Below are positions 1 through 9,827 of a stretch of 64,000 nucleotides of DNA, one piece after another. Location of the stretch: NCBI GenBank assembly GCA_045613785.1, contig JAZLBQ010000001.1, positions 2,571-66,570 on the forward strand, read 5' to 3'. Source of the stretch: Candidatus Enterousia sp. (lineage in GTDB: Bacteria > Pseudomonadota > Alphaproteobacteria > Rs-D84). The position numbers and the translations under genes are program-made. Position 1 is the first letter of the stretch, and each line of letters opens with the position of its first letter. A model generated the notes under the pieces. It searched no databases. It had not been told where the DNA came from and saw only the letters and a list, made by a program, of their open reading frames with translations.

Positions 1-557
1 GTGCATTCTGAAAAAAATCTATTAAAATCAGCATCTTCTGCACAATTTCTGAAATCGGCAGTGCAACGTTGGTCTTGGATTAAACATGATTTAATTTCCG
101 AAGAACAGACCGTTTTAGATTTCTTTTTTGCCATCTTGTCCAGTGTTTGAGACATCTGAATTGATATCCCAGCAGCACGGCAGGACTGTTCAATAAGTTT
201 GTCATATGCTTCAGAAACGTCGTCAGGGGTGCAACCAGAAACTTTCTTGGTGCATTGCGTCGTTGCCCAGGCATAGCGTTCGCCAGGGGCAGATGGGGCA
301 GACTTTAATTCTTTGTCAGAAATGTTGTATTTTGCCGACGTGCCAACCGATACACTGTTCATCTTTTTTGCATTTGATGGTGTGCCAGCGTTCGCAGTGC
401 CGCAATATTGACACCGTGCCGCAGGATTTGATGATACATTTATCGCACATACTGAATCCAGGCAACGGGTCAGATTTGCACGGGAACATGTTGTTGCAGC
501 ATTGGCCGCAGGTGCCGCCAATATCGCAGTTAGTAAAAATATTCTATATGTTTTCAT
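1..557 (-). CDS. Partial CDS (N-terminal 185 aa; C-terminus lies beyond the window start) for a secreted cysteine-rich protein. It may be a fourth member of the Cys-rich paralog family.
   Basis: I translated the minus strand by hand from ATG at 557 (cat at 555-557). The product begins MKTYRIFLLTAILAAPAANAATTCSRANLTRCLDSVCAINV...CQYC. The frame stays open to position 1. It has a signal peptide with an AxA cleavage site. The Cys spacing C-x7-C-x-D-x2-C...C-x2-C resembles the N-terminal motif of the paralogs at 6627, 9828 and 12004. It is absent from the ORF track because it runs off the window edge. Confidence 0.5.
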   Translation of the reverse strand, partial: MKTYRIFLLTAILAAPAANAATTCSRANLTRCLDSVCAINVSSNPAARCQYCGTANAGTPSNAKKMNSVSVGTSAKYNISDKELKSAPSAPGERYAWATTQCTKKVSGCTPDDVSEAYDKLIEQSCRAAGISIQMSQTLDKMAKKKSKTVCSSEIKSCLIQDQRCTADFRNCAEDADFNRFFSEC

Positions 558-689
558 TTCTCTCTTGGTTCTTATTATAACAAAAATCAAAAGTGCTAGC
601 AAAAGAAAAAATATTTAATCTTAGTCTTGACAAAATGATATTCTTTGTCTATATTTTGTGTATAAATAACTTTAGAAAAGGATTAAAAA

Positions 690-1511
690 ATGGCAAGAAC
701 AAAAGAATGGTGGTGGATACACGCTTCGGCTGGGGTCGTTTCAGTTCTGTTGTTGGTAGGACTGTGCGGAACATGTAGTTCTGCGAATAATAAAAATGCA
801 GAATTGGAAAAGAAAAATGCAGATTTTAAAGAGGCAATCAATATACTGAAAAAAGCGAATGAAGCAATCGAGGGTTTGAAGTCTGAAAATGCTGTAAAGG
901 ACTCTATTATTGAAAAGCAGAGTGCTTTGTGGGCGGTAGTCGAAACTGAAAAAGGCGTTTTGCGTGATTCTATCACTGTGCTGAATGATTCTATTGATGG
1001 GTTAAACGAAGAATTAAAGCAGGTAAATGCTGATTTGGAAGATTGCAGAAACTCAAAAAAGTCTGCAGTAAAGAAGCCTGCAGTAAAGAAACCAGAACAG
1101 AAGAAAACGACTCCAAAAAAGTCAGAACAAAAGAAATCAGAACAAAAGAAGTCTGAGGAAACAAAGCCAGTGGTTGTGCCTGTTCAGCCAGTCAAGGTGG
1201 TTAAACCAGATACTGTTTATGTCGTTGTGGAACAACCAAGAAAGGATTGTGCAGGCGGTAAGACAAAAATCAATCTGGATAATTCGGATAACAATGGTGC
1301 TGTTGTTGTTGGTAAGCAATGTGTTCAGGATACAGAAATTACATTGCAGAACGGATCTGTCAATAATGGTGCAATTGTCGTAGGTAGCAATAATCACGTT
1401 GTTATTGGTGGAACTCAACAACAGGTGGTAGATACTTTGCGTCGTATTGAAAATGCTAATAAGGCATATGGTTATTACAAGGTAAAACGTGTTGTTCGCC
1501 GTGTAAGATAA
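690..1511 (+). CDS. Membrane-anchored coiled-coil protein with a lysine-rich tandem-repeat linker and a C-terminal beta-strand repeat region.
   Basis: N-terminal hydrophobic helix (VVSVLLLVGLCG). Heptad-like coiled coil through about residue 110. KKPAVKKPAVKKPEQKKTTPKKSEQKKSEQKKSEE is encoded by a DNA tandem repeat (tcagaacaaaagaa units at about 1120-1160). C-terminal NNGAVVVG / NNGAIVVG repeats. Confidence 0.55.
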   Translation: MARTKEWWWIHASAGVVSVLLLVGLCGTCSSANNKNAELEKKNADFKEAINILKKANEAIEGLKSENAVKDSIIEKQSALWAVVETEKGVLRDSITVLNDSIDGLNEELKQVNADLEDCRNSKKSAVKKPAVKKPEQKKTTPKKSEQKKSEQKKSEETKPVVVPVQPVKVVKPDTVYVVVEQPRKDCAGGKTKINLDNSDNNGAVVVGKQCVQDTEITLQNGSVNNGAIVVGSNNHVVIGGTQQQVVDTLRRIENANKAYGYYKVKRVVRRVR

Positions 1512-1629
1512 TGTTGTTGTTTGTTAGTATTCGGTTCGCATGTGCGAACCGATTTTTTTATGTGTTTTTTTATCTGGACAGGTAAAATAATCTTGTGCTA
1601 AGATTTATTTGTATATAGAGAGAATAGAT

Positions 1630-4600
1630 ATGAAGTTTATCAGATTTTTAGCGTTTTCTTTGTTCTTTGCTCCGTTCGCAGCAAGTGCAGCAAGCAGTGA
1701 TTTTATGATGGCAGCACAGTTGTTGGCAGCGGCCAAGGCAGCCGATATTCAACAGGTGCAAAGTTTGGTAAATGCTGGTGCTGATATAAACTTTGTTGAT
1801 TCAACAGGGGTTTCTATCGTTTGCACCGCTTTGATGAATAATGATGTGCGTGCGGCACAAATCTTGCAGATGTATGGGGCGGATGCGTCAAAATGTGATC
1901 GTCAGATAAAGCAATTTAATAATCGTAATAAACCCAGGGCCAGTGGAGGGCTGTTTAGCGGACTGTCGTCTGTCCAGGGGATTACGTTAGCGGCGGCGGG
2001 GGCCGCCGTTGTTGTAGGTGGCTTGTTGTTGCTGACTGATGTGTTCGACCCTGGTAATGATAATGATGCTGCATCATCAGATGGTAATCGACCCGACAAT
2101 AATCCAGATGATAATACTGATCAAAGTGCAGTGGCTTATTTGTCTGTGCCGTATAGTCCAGCGTATTTGGGACTTGATGGAAAAATCACAACAAGTGATG
2201 AGACTTATCGTGCAAATTTAACCTTGTGGGATCCAACCGCTGGCAGTGCTTTGCGTCAGGCGGATTTTAATTATTTTAGACCGCAGGTTCAGGCTGAAAA
2301 TAACTATGTTATCGACGGCTTATATTTGCCAATGCAGAATTATCTGTTGATGATGCATGGATATTCAGCCTTTGCTAATGAATATATGGGGCAGGGAATC
2401 TTTCGTGATACGGCAACTCGTAACCCGATATTAGTTGGAAACAGTGCTACTGGAGGGCGTCCTGTGATTGCAGGATTGGTAACAGATAATGGGGTTAGTC
2501 CTGTGGGGGCGTTGGATAGGTCTGGTGGTATAGTGTATGCAATTAGTGCGGCGGCAGATTCGGCAACTTATCTGGTGGATAAATTTACAAACTTTAATAA
2601 TCCAACATCTGATGGATTGGGAACTGAAATTGTTGGTTTTGATTTCTCGGGAAATGGAACTGCGATGAATTTGTTTGCCGATTCGTATGATAATGCACTG
2701 GGGAAAATTGTCGCCGGATGGGAGGCAGGTGGTCGCACAGATGGCGATTTAATCGGTTTTGTTCCAAATGGACGCTTGGGAATTTTTAGAACAGGTGGTG
2801 GTAAATATTGGCAGGATTTGGTTAGTCCACTTGAGGGGGAAGTTCTGGGAACGGTCGTAAATGGTGATGGGGCAGATGAAAATGCGATTGATGTTGGTGA
2901 TACGATAACCTTTGGTGGAAAAACTTATTTGATTTCGTTGGCTGTTGCAGATTCTACAATTGTCAATCCAACGATTACTATCAATGGAACGACCTATAAA
3001 TTGCCAAGTAATAGCACGCTGTTAAAGGGTGTTTGTTCGTCAAGTGTTGAAGGGGAATGTGATGACGTTTCTGATATTGCTATTTATCTTGGGGATGATG
3101 GTGCTTATTATGTAAATACAACAGGTACTAATTCTGTCGATAATGTCTTGATGGTAAATGGTGGTAATATTTATGCAAAAAAAGAATTAGTTGATGCAGA
3201 TTATAAAAATTTTCAGGCTTTATATAATGCACGCACTGTTAGCGATGTCTTGGCAAATGTATCCGTGATTGATGCGGCACGTGGAAATGATTATTTAACG
3301 ATTGCAGACGTGCCGGGCTTGTTCGATTTGACTTCGGCATCCAAGGAAGAAGTTTTTGCCGCACTGATAAATTCTGCGTATGACAAGAATAATTCTGATA
3401 TAAACAGCCAGGGTATGTATGCACACAGAATGTTTAATAATTATACTGCTGGTTCGCCAATTCTGCTTATGCCAGCAGGTGAATTTCAATGGACAGGTGG
3501 GGCAGCAAAATACGCAACATTTGAAAATTATGCTCCGTTGTTATATGACGGTAATTTGGAACATATGTTTATGACAATTGTTGCAGTTCAGCATACAGGT
3601 GGAACTGCAGGGGCTGGGTCTATTGCAGGTTATGGTAATGGCACTGGCGATAGTTATGGCCCGTTGCGTTTGTCTGTCTGGCAGGATTATAATGGAACGT
3701 TAGAAGATGCGTCTGATGATATTGTTTATATGTCCAGAAAATGTGGGGTTGCTGGTGTCGGATTAAATGGAATTGACCCTTGGTGCTTTGCAGCAGCAGG
3801 GCCAACAGCAGAAATGGCGACGGCTGCGGCGGCAGGGGCGGTTGCTTCATTGAAGGGGGCTTTTGATTATATGTCGAATCCTCAGATATTTATTTTGATG
3901 GCACTGACAGCGGACGGGTATTTGTTAGGAACAGATTCTACAGGTGGTGTTTTCACCAAGGATGCTTTGGTCGGATATTTGAAGAATATGTATTCGCTGC
4001 CATCGGAATATTATGAAGATACTTTGACAGGAGATGCATATTTACAGGCTTTTGCAGATGTGTTTGGTTATGGCTTGATAAATCTGGAACGGGCAATGAC
4101 ACCAAACAAGAAAATTTACTTCTTTGATGGAACAAATATTGTTTCCGCAGGCGGCAATGCGTATTGGCGTGCAGCACAAAATACAGTGTTTAGACCGTCA
4201 TCTGTCTTAAATATACGTGGGGCAACAATTCGGGCACCTTTCTTTGATGTTTTGGAAAGCGTTGATGGCAGTATGAGTCTGCCACGTGTTTGGGAAAATG
4301 AGTTTGCTTTTGGCACAAATGACAAGCGTGGTTTGTATATGGGTGATGTGTTGGGTGAATTAAAAACACGTCGTGATACAGAACAACGCACACAGGTTGG
4401 GGCATTGGGTGTTTCTATGCGGTTTTCAGAACGTGCCTATGTTGATAACTTAAATGGTTTGGATAATTTGAATTTGGATTTCCAAAGCGGAAAATGGAAT
4501 TTTGCGGCGTCTTATCAACGTTATTTAACAGATGGGGCGTCTAGATTCGATGGAACTGCTAATCCTGTTTTGGGATTGGTTTCAAATGCAGTCGTTTCCG

Positions 4601-5337
4601 ATGTTGTGTATAAGTCTGGTAATTGGTCTTTTGGTGGACGTGTCTTTTCAGGTGCAATCACAGATGAGGGGCTGTTAGAAAATGATCCGACAATTTCTGC
4701 CCAGTATATGCCTGCAAAGTTAGGATTGATGAACGGTGGACAGTCAACAATTGCATGGGAAAATGAAAAATTCAGTTTTGCAGGTAATTTTGGTGCTGCT
4801 TATGAAACAAATACATTGTTGGGGGCATGGACAGATGGACTGTTGAATTTGGGAAATGGTCAGACAATGTATGTGGATTTTGTTGGACAGTATAATTTTG
4901 CTGATATGGCTGAATTGACAGCACGAGCAACTTTTGCACAGACGATGTCTGATGTTGCCGGTGATTTTGTTTTGGGTATGTCTGATGTTTATTCAAATGC
5001 ATTTGCATTGGGGGTAAATTTTGGTGCCTTTGAATTTGCTGTGTCTCAGCCGTTGGCTATTACACGTGGGAATTTACAATATGCGTATGCTGACTATGAT
5101 GTTGTAGAAGTGGATAAAAACAAATATGAATTAAAGGTTGTTGATGCGTATGTTGCAGATTTAGATCTGCGGCCTGAAAAACGTGAAGTCCGTTTTGCAG
5201 GAACGTATCGTCATAATTTTGGTCAATTTACAGATGCTGCGTTTGGATTTATTTATAGGGTGAATCCAAATAATACAGATGATTTTGGAGATGAATCAAT
5301 ATTTATGATGAAGTTATCACATCGCTTGGGAATATAA
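1630..5337 (+). CDS. Large secreted protein: signal peptide, two ankyrin repeats, a subtilase (peptidase S8)-like domain with a possibly non-canonical Ser motif, and a C-terminal autotransporter-like beta domain.
   Basis: The start was moved to ATG 1630 (MKFIRFLAFSLFFAPFAASA, signal peptide) with a GAGAG-type RBS upstream. An ANK consensus is seen in AAKAADIQQVQSLVNAGADINFVDSTGVSIVCTALMNNDVRAAQILQMYGADAS. The S8-like C-lobe ...AFDYMSNPQI...GYGLINLERAMTP aligns with AFPYMTSPQI...GHGMLDLERATRP of the paralog at 51467-53332. At the position of GTSFAAP this protein has GPTAEMA. It is followed by the bidirectional terminator at 5338-5366. Confidence 0.7.
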   Translation: MKFIRFLAFSLFFAPFAASAASSDFMMAAQLLAAAKAADIQQVQSLVNAGADINFVDSTGVSIVCTALMNNDVRAAQILQMYGADASKCDRQIKQFNNRNKPRASGGLFSGLSSVQGITLAAAGAAVVVGGLLLLTDVFDPGNDNDAASSDGNRPDNNPDDNTDQSAVAYLSVPYSPAYLGLDGKITTSDETYRANLTLWDPTAGSALRQADFNYFRPQVQAENNYVIDGLYLPMQNYLLMMHGYSAFANEYMGQGIFRDTATRNPILVGNSATGGRPVIAGLVTDNGVSPVGALDRSGGIVYAISAAADSATYLVDKFTNFNNPTSDGLGTEIVGFDFSGNGTAMNLFADSYDNALGKIVAGWEAGGRTDGDLIGFVPNGRLGIFRTGGGKYWQDLVSPLEGEVLGTVVNGDGADENAIDVGDTITFGGKTYLISLAVADSTIVNPTITINGTTYKLPSNSTLLKGVCSSSVEGECDDVSDIAIYLGDDGAYYVNTTGTNSVDNVLMVNGGNIYAKKELVDADYKNFQALYNARTVSDVLANVSVIDAARGNDYLTIADVPGLFDLTSASKEEVFAALINSAYDKNNSDINSQGMYAHRMFNNYTAGSPILLMPAGEFQWTGGAAKYATFENYAPLLYDGNLEHMFMTIVAVQHTGGTAGAGSIAGYGNGTGDSYGPLRLSVWQDYNGTLEDASDDIVYMSRKCGVAGVGLNGIDPWCFAAAGPTAEMATAAAAGAVASLKGAFDYMSNPQIFILMALTADGYLLGTDSTGGVFTKDALVGYLKNMYSLPSEYYEDTLTGDAYLQAFADVFGYGLINLERAMTPNKKIYFFDGTNIVSAGGNAYWRAAQNTVFRPSSVLNIRGATIRAPFFDVLESVDGSMSLPRVWENEFAFGTNDKRGLYMGDVLGELKTRRDTEQRTQVGALGVSMRFSERAYVDNLNGLDNLNLDFQSGKWNFAASYQRYLTDGASRFDGTANPVLGLVSNAVVSDVVYKSGNWSFGGRVFSGAITDEGLLENDPTISAQYMPAKLGLMNGGQSTIAWENEKFSFAGNFGAAYETNTLLGAWTDGLLNLGNGQTMYVDFVGQYNFADMAELTARATFAQTMSDVAGDFVLGMSDVYSNAFALGVNFGAFEFAVSQPLAITRGNLQYAYADYDVVEVDKNKYELKVVDAYVADLDLRPEKREVRFAGTYRHNFGQFTDAAFGFIYRVNPNNTDDFGDESIFMMKLSHRLGI

Positions 5338-5366
5338 AAAAATCCCCCAAAAGGGGATTTTTTTAT
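5338..5366. terminator. Rho-independent terminator of the stereotyped family (A-tract, ATCCCC stem, GGGGAT, T-tract).
   Basis: aaaaaatcccccaaaaggggatttttttatt lies immediately after the stop at 5335-5337. Confidence 0.75.
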
Positions 5367-5419
5367 TGATTTTTGTTGTTATCTCTTTACTATTGTTTCG
5401 CAATTAAAGGATAAGAATA

Positions 5420-5848
5420 ATGGATATTAGTTTTAAGACAGTTGTAGAATATGTGAAAAATTTGTTCCCTGGTGCAGCCCCTGTTCAAATTAGCACGAAT
5501 CCAGAGTTGGATGCGGCTACGTTATTAAGAATTTCATCAAATAATTTGTATTTAAAGGCTAGAAATGGTAATCATTATTGGTATTGCTTTGTCGATGATG
5601 ATAATTTGCCAATGGCAAGATATTTGCTGAAAAGTAATGGTGTTAATGTTTCAAAACATTTTAGTCATTATAATCGGCCTTTTTATTCGACGTCAGCACA
5701 ACCGGTTTTACGTGTCAGGGTTTCTATATTGAACAAGAATCCTAAGGCTAAGAATTTTGTTGATTTGGTTATGAAACGCAAGGTGCTGAATTTTTCAGAT
5801 GAATGTGTTATGAAACATATGAATTCTGTAAGGCAAAATATGAAATAA
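5420..5848 (+). CDS. Hypothetical protein (142 aa).
   Basis: Intact ORF lying between two family terminators (5338-5366 and 5846-5876). I recognise no motif in it. Confidence 0.5.
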   Translation: MDISFKTVVEYVKNLFPGAAPVQISTNPELDAATLLRISSNNLYLKARNGNHYWYCFVDDDNLPMARYLLKSNGVNVSKHFSHYNRPFYSTSAQPVLRVRVSILNKNPKAKNFVDLVMKRKVLNFSDECVMKHMNSVRQNMK

Positions 5849-5876
5849 AAAATCCCCAAATCGGGGATTTTTTTGT
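5846..5876. terminator. Bidirectional Rho-independent terminator between convergent genes.
   Basis: aaaaaatccccaaatcggggatttttttg is flanked by the stops of the + gene (5848) and the - gene (5879). Confidence 0.75.
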
Positions 5877-5878
5877 TC

Positions 5879-6595
5879 TTATTCAGTTTTGAAATATTGT
5901 TCTTTTTGTTGTTGAGATAGGCGGAACATTTCATCAAAAATTGCGTCGGCATCCGCCATTGTAGTTGGGATGTCTTGTGTGGCATTTTGAATGTCTGTGC
6001 CGTTCAGAACAATTATGCGGGCCGGCAATAAATCACGTCCGCCATTGCAATCAATATAATATTCGTTCGGATTGTAATACTTGCCATAACAGCGACCGTT
6101 TTCAATAGCAATAAATCCGTCGTTTGCCAGAACTTCGCATGTTGGCTGAGTGTCATAGGTTATTTCGCCGTTTGCCAATGTTTCATCAGGTTTGATCAAA
6201 ATACCGTTGCACCATACTGGGACATATTTGCCGTTTACAGATGCCATTGCACCATCTTCGGCAGTTTTACGGCGGCCAAAGCAGTCGCCATCGGCACCCA
6301 GTAAATCTGTGTCAAAGTCAGCGTTTATTCCTGTGCCCTTGGCGATTTCAGCACGCCCCATAGGGACAGCGTCACGACCGCCAGACGTTAGTGCGTCAGG
6401 ACAAATCAGTTTTAAACCACGACAGTTGCTGGTGGCGTCCCACATTTCTGTGTCAAAACCAATGCCCATTGATGAATAGCAGTTCGTTGGACTTAGTCGG
6501 CAAATGGTTGGTTGCAGCCACCATGGTGTCGTGGCAGCATTTCCAGAAGCAATGCTGAATATTGATAATAGTGAAAGTGCCAATATTTTTTTCAT
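5879..6595 (-). CDS. Secreted cysteine-containing hypothetical protein (238 aa).
   Basis: The start was moved to ATG 6595 (MKKILALSLLSIFSIASGNA, signal peptide). It has 10 Cys residues. It lies 31 nt downstream of the 905-aa family member on the same strand. Confidence 0.6.
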   Translation of the reverse strand: MKKILALSLLSIFSIASGNAATTPWWLQPTICRLSPTNCYSSMGIGFDTEMWDATSNCRGLKLICPDALTSGGRDAVPMGRAEIAKGTGINADFDTDLLGADGDCFGRRKTAEDGAMASVNGKYVPVWCNGILIKPDETLANGEITYDTQPTCEVLANDGFIAIENGRCYGKYYNPNEYYIDCNGGRDLLPARIIVLNGTDIQNATQDIPTTMADADAIFDEMFRLSQQQKEQYFKTE

Positions 6596-6626
6596 AGTTC
6601 TCTCTTTTGATTCTATTTTATCAGAT

Positions 6627-9344
6627 TTAATTTGTTGGTTCAACTGTTGAAGTTTCTTCTGTCCATACTGCGTGCAGATTTACAAATGTTGACAAGTTGT
6701 ATATTTCCTCATATTCAAGAGTGTTTTTGATACATTGGCCGTTATTGTTGTAGTATTGGGTTTTATCCCCATTGTTCGGGTTTATGTAGAAATAACCTTG
6801 GAATTTATATGCTTCATCTTCGCACTCAGGAATCTCAACTGTTTCTGGTAGTTCTTCTTGGTGTTTAAGGTTTGCACCTGTGATGTTTACGGCTTTTTTG
6901 ACCGCTTGGCAGGTTTTCTCGTCTGTGTTCACAAAACTAACATTGATTGTGCTGCCTGAATTGTTGCTGGGGGTTGTGATGGTTGTGGTAGTTGTGTCAA
7001 CGGCACAGAATCCCCATTTGGTGTTTGCAGATGTTTCGTCATAGAATTTTTTGAATAATTCTTGACCTGTGGTGTCGTGCGTATCGTCGCCGGTTTTGTC
7101 TGTCCAGACCGTATCAACCCACAGTCCGCCCAGGCGTTCGCATTCGGCAGATAATGTGTTTGCCATTTCTGTGCGGATTTTGTCCATGACAATATTGATG
7201 TCTTGTAAAACGGTTGCGGGCAGGGCGTTTTTGGATTCTGATGGACGGACGCAGGCCTGTATTGCATAGCGTGCAATTTTGTGATACAGACTGCCAATAT
7301 AGTCTGTTCCACATTTGTCATTCTCGGTATCAGTGCTGGAATAAAGTGGTTCTTTGTTGGCTGTTCCGCCTGGACAGTATGAGTCTTTGGGACATGGTGT
7401 GCAGTTGTTGTTTTTCTTTGGTGTGCCGTCATATTCCCCATTTTGGTCTGTCATGTAGTAGCCAGGTTTGCAAGATGTGTATTTTATCAGTTCTGGACAT
7501 GCGTATATCTGTGTGATGTTTGATGTTTGTGTTGTAATGCTTTCAAATGCGGAACCACCACTGTTGATGTTTTGGGTTATCAAGTTGCATTGGTGGATTG
7601 ATGCATACATTTTGTCACCAGGTGCGTATGTTCGACAGGCGTATGGATAGGCGTGCAGGGTGTCGCTGCTGGGGACGGCACACAGGTCATGTGCGTAATC
7701 TTGTAATGTGGCCAGGCATTGGTCGGCAATGCGTTGGCTGGTTATGTCGTGCATCGCGGTAAGCAGTTCTGTCATGCCGTGTGAGCCGCCACCATATAAA
7801 TTACTGCAAGCGTCTAATTTTTCTTGGCACATTTCTTCGGATAATTCCAAACGTTGGCCTAGTAGTAATTGGTCTTTGACGTTGCTAAAATCTTTTAATG
7901 ATTTTGTTTGTTCGTCATAGCATTTTGTGACGATTTCAAAACAGTTGTTTTTTACCTGGCGAACACGTTCTTGTTGATTTTGGTAGATTTCCGCAATCGC
8001 TTGACGCATGAATTCGTCCCAAACTTCGTCCGATAAATCACGGCATGTGTCCAGGGATTGTTCGGCAAATTTTCGTTTGGAATTTAATGTTGCAACAAAT
8101 AGACGGTTTGTTTGGTTGTTTAAAACATCGCCAGATAATGATATTTGTGTTTCAAGTTTGTAAAAGTCAGGACTGTAAATCGGTTCGCCTGTTGTGTAGT
8201 TTAGATAGCGGCCTGTTACGTCAAGACAGTGAACGTAGTTTGGACCGCATGCTAATTCTGATGTTATGTCTGAACGGACGTTGGCGACACAATCATTGAT
8301 TGAAGTGGAATTGTGGTTGTTGTAATTTTCCAAACGTGCCAGGTTCATTTCACGTTCAGCAGCACGAATTGTGCTGTTGGCTGTGTTTAATTTGTCGTCA
8401 AGGTCATTTAATAATATCGAACAATCGTTTTCAATATACATCCCATATGCAGTTGTCACCATTGTCTGGGTGGCTGTGTCGGGGCATTTGTCGATTGTAA
8501 TTTCTGCACATTGGGCGTGAACTGCGTTGTATAAGGCTTCGCCTGTAAGGTTGCTGATGTTTGCACCGCCCATTAAATCGGTTGTTGCCCAGATTGAATT
8601 TATGTCGCCTGCGATATCTAATTTGCCCTGGGTCGATAATGATTGCGATTTCGTTTTTGATAAAACGTCCCTGATGCCAGCAAGTTGTGATGCACTGCCA
8701 GATGTGTCATTGGTAATTGATTGGGTGAATTCGCCAGTCGATGCAGAAAGCATTGCTTTGACTTCGGCCTTGGTTTTGTCAATTACTTCTAGGTTCAGGT
8801 TCTTGAAATCTTGTAATTGGTCGGCGGCTTGGGATAATGCACGTTCTCGTGATTGGATTTCAGGTAATTTTGTCGAACATATACAGCGACGATATGTGTC
8901 GTTGGCTATGCCACAGAACTGATCCATACAGGTAAAGTATGCGTCACGGCATGTGTTGTAGCCAGTGCCAAATGTGTTCGATTGAGTCGTGTTCATCGTA
9001 ATCGTTGCACGAGCAGGACGAATGGCACTGCGTGCAGAATTGGTGCGGTTCGCAGTTGTTCGAATTTTGTTGCCACTGATTGCACTTCGTGCAGTAGATA
9101 CTGTTTTTGTAGTTTGTGCTGTTGTTGCTGTGCGTGAATTACTGCGGTTCGTTGTCGCTGTGCGTGAAACAGTGCGATCAGACGTGGTGCGTGCCGTTGT
9201 TGTTTTTGTTGGGGGTGTTGTTTGAACTTGCGTTCGTGATGTTGTGCTTGTGTTACGGACAGGGCTTTTTTCACTGCGAACAGCGGCGTTGGCAAAACCA
9301 ACACCTAGCAATAGTGCTAGAATTGAAATGTTTATCCTTTTCAT
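6627..9344 (-). CDS. Large secreted cysteine-rich protein, paralog family member A (905 aa). It has an N-terminal Thr/Arg/Ser-rich low-complexity region.
   Basis: The start was moved to ATG 9344 (MKRINISILALLLGVGFANA, signal peptide). The ORF-track start at 9485 would overlap infA. Motif CRDAYFTCMDQFCGIANDTYRRCICS, then G.ALY...C...DC...C..N...CLD blocks shared with the ORFs at 9828 and 12004. C-terminal ECEDEAY. Confidence 0.75.
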   Translation of the reverse strand: MKRINISILALLLGVGFANAAVRSEKSPVRNTSTTSRTQVQTTPPTKTTTARTTSDRTVSRTATTNRSNSRTATTAQTTKTVSTARSAISGNKIRTTANRTNSARSAIRPARATITMNTTQSNTFGTGYNTCRDAYFTCMDQFCGIANDTYRRCICSTKLPEIQSRERALSQAADQLQDFKNLNLEVIDKTKAEVKAMLSASTGEFTQSITNDTSGSASQLAGIRDVLSKTKSQSLSTQGKLDIAGDINSIWATTDLMGGANISNLTGEALYNAVHAQCAEITIDKCPDTATQTMVTTAYGMYIENDCSILLNDLDDKLNTANSTIRAAEREMNLARLENYNNHNSTSINDCVANVRSDITSELACGPNYVHCLDVTGRYLNYTTGEPIYSPDFYKLETQISLSGDVLNNQTNRLFVATLNSKRKFAEQSLDTCRDLSDEVWDEFMRQAIAEIYQNQQERVRQVKNNCFEIVTKCYDEQTKSLKDFSNVKDQLLLGQRLELSEEMCQEKLDACSNLYGGGSHGMTELLTAMHDITSQRIADQCLATLQDYAHDLCAVPSSDTLHAYPYACRTYAPGDKMYASIHQCNLITQNINSGGSAFESITTQTSNITQIYACPELIKYTSCKPGYYMTDQNGEYDGTPKKNNNCTPCPKDSYCPGGTANKEPLYSSTDTENDKCGTDYIGSLYHKIARYAIQACVRPSESKNALPATVLQDINIVMDKIRTEMANTLSAECERLGGLWVDTVWTDKTGDDTHDTTGQELFKKFYDETSANTKWGFCAVDTTTTTITTPSNNSGSTINVSFVNTDEKTCQAVKKAVNITGANLKHQEELPETVEIPECEDEAYKFQGYFYINPNNGDKTQYYNNNGQCIKNTLEYEEIYNLSTFVNLHAVWTEETSTVEPTN

Positions 9345-9420
9345 CCGTATATATTCTGTGTTTATTTTATCAAAAATATGTGCTGATAACAAGCAAAATG
9401 AAATTGTTTTATTAAAATAA

Positions 9421-9448
9421 AAAACCGCCTTTTGGCGGCGTTTTTTAT
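9421..9448 (-). terminator. Rho-independent terminator at the infA 3' end.
   Basis: aaaaaaccgccttttggcggcgtttttt, a GC stem with flanking A and T tracts. Confidence 0.6.
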
Positions 9449-9693
9449 TGGTTTGTTGTTTCCCCCGTAGGACGATTGCGTTCAACGAATGTTATGCGTC
9501 CTTTGTCCAGGTCGTATGGGGTCATTTCAACACGAACACGTTCGCCAACGTTTACCCAAATGCGAGCCTTACGCATTTTGCCGCATACGGTCGCCAAAAT
9601 TTCATGTCCGTTTTCTAGTTTTACACGGAACATTGTGTTAGGTAATTTGTCTTCGACTGTGCCAGTGAAAACGATTACATCATCTTTTGCCAT
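9445..9693 (-). CDS. infA: Translation initiation factor IF-1.
   Basis: [68 protein letters not shown] matches the IF-1 S1-like fold consensus almost residue for residue. Confidence 0.9.
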   Translation of the reverse strand: MAKDDVIVFTGTVEDKLPNTMFRVKLENGHEILATVCGKMRKARIWVNVGERVRVEMTPYDLDKGRITFVERNRPTGETTNQ

Positions 9694-9827
9694 TGTGTTT
9701 TATTCCTTGGGTTTTTATGGGGTATATCTTATTGTTTTTTATGGAAAATTGCAAGGAGTTTTTATTTGCTTGTGAATTTGGGGAAGTTTTGATAAAATAA
9801 AAACAAATTATGTAGGGTGGAGAAAAG

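Noticed and set aside
80-580. ORF-track entries 80..274 (-) and 206..580 (+).
   Set aside because: Both lie inside, and in other frames than, the well-supported partial minus-strand gene 1-557. That gene has a signal peptide and the family-like Cys motif. These ORFs have no start context or motifs, so I treat them as shadow ORFs.
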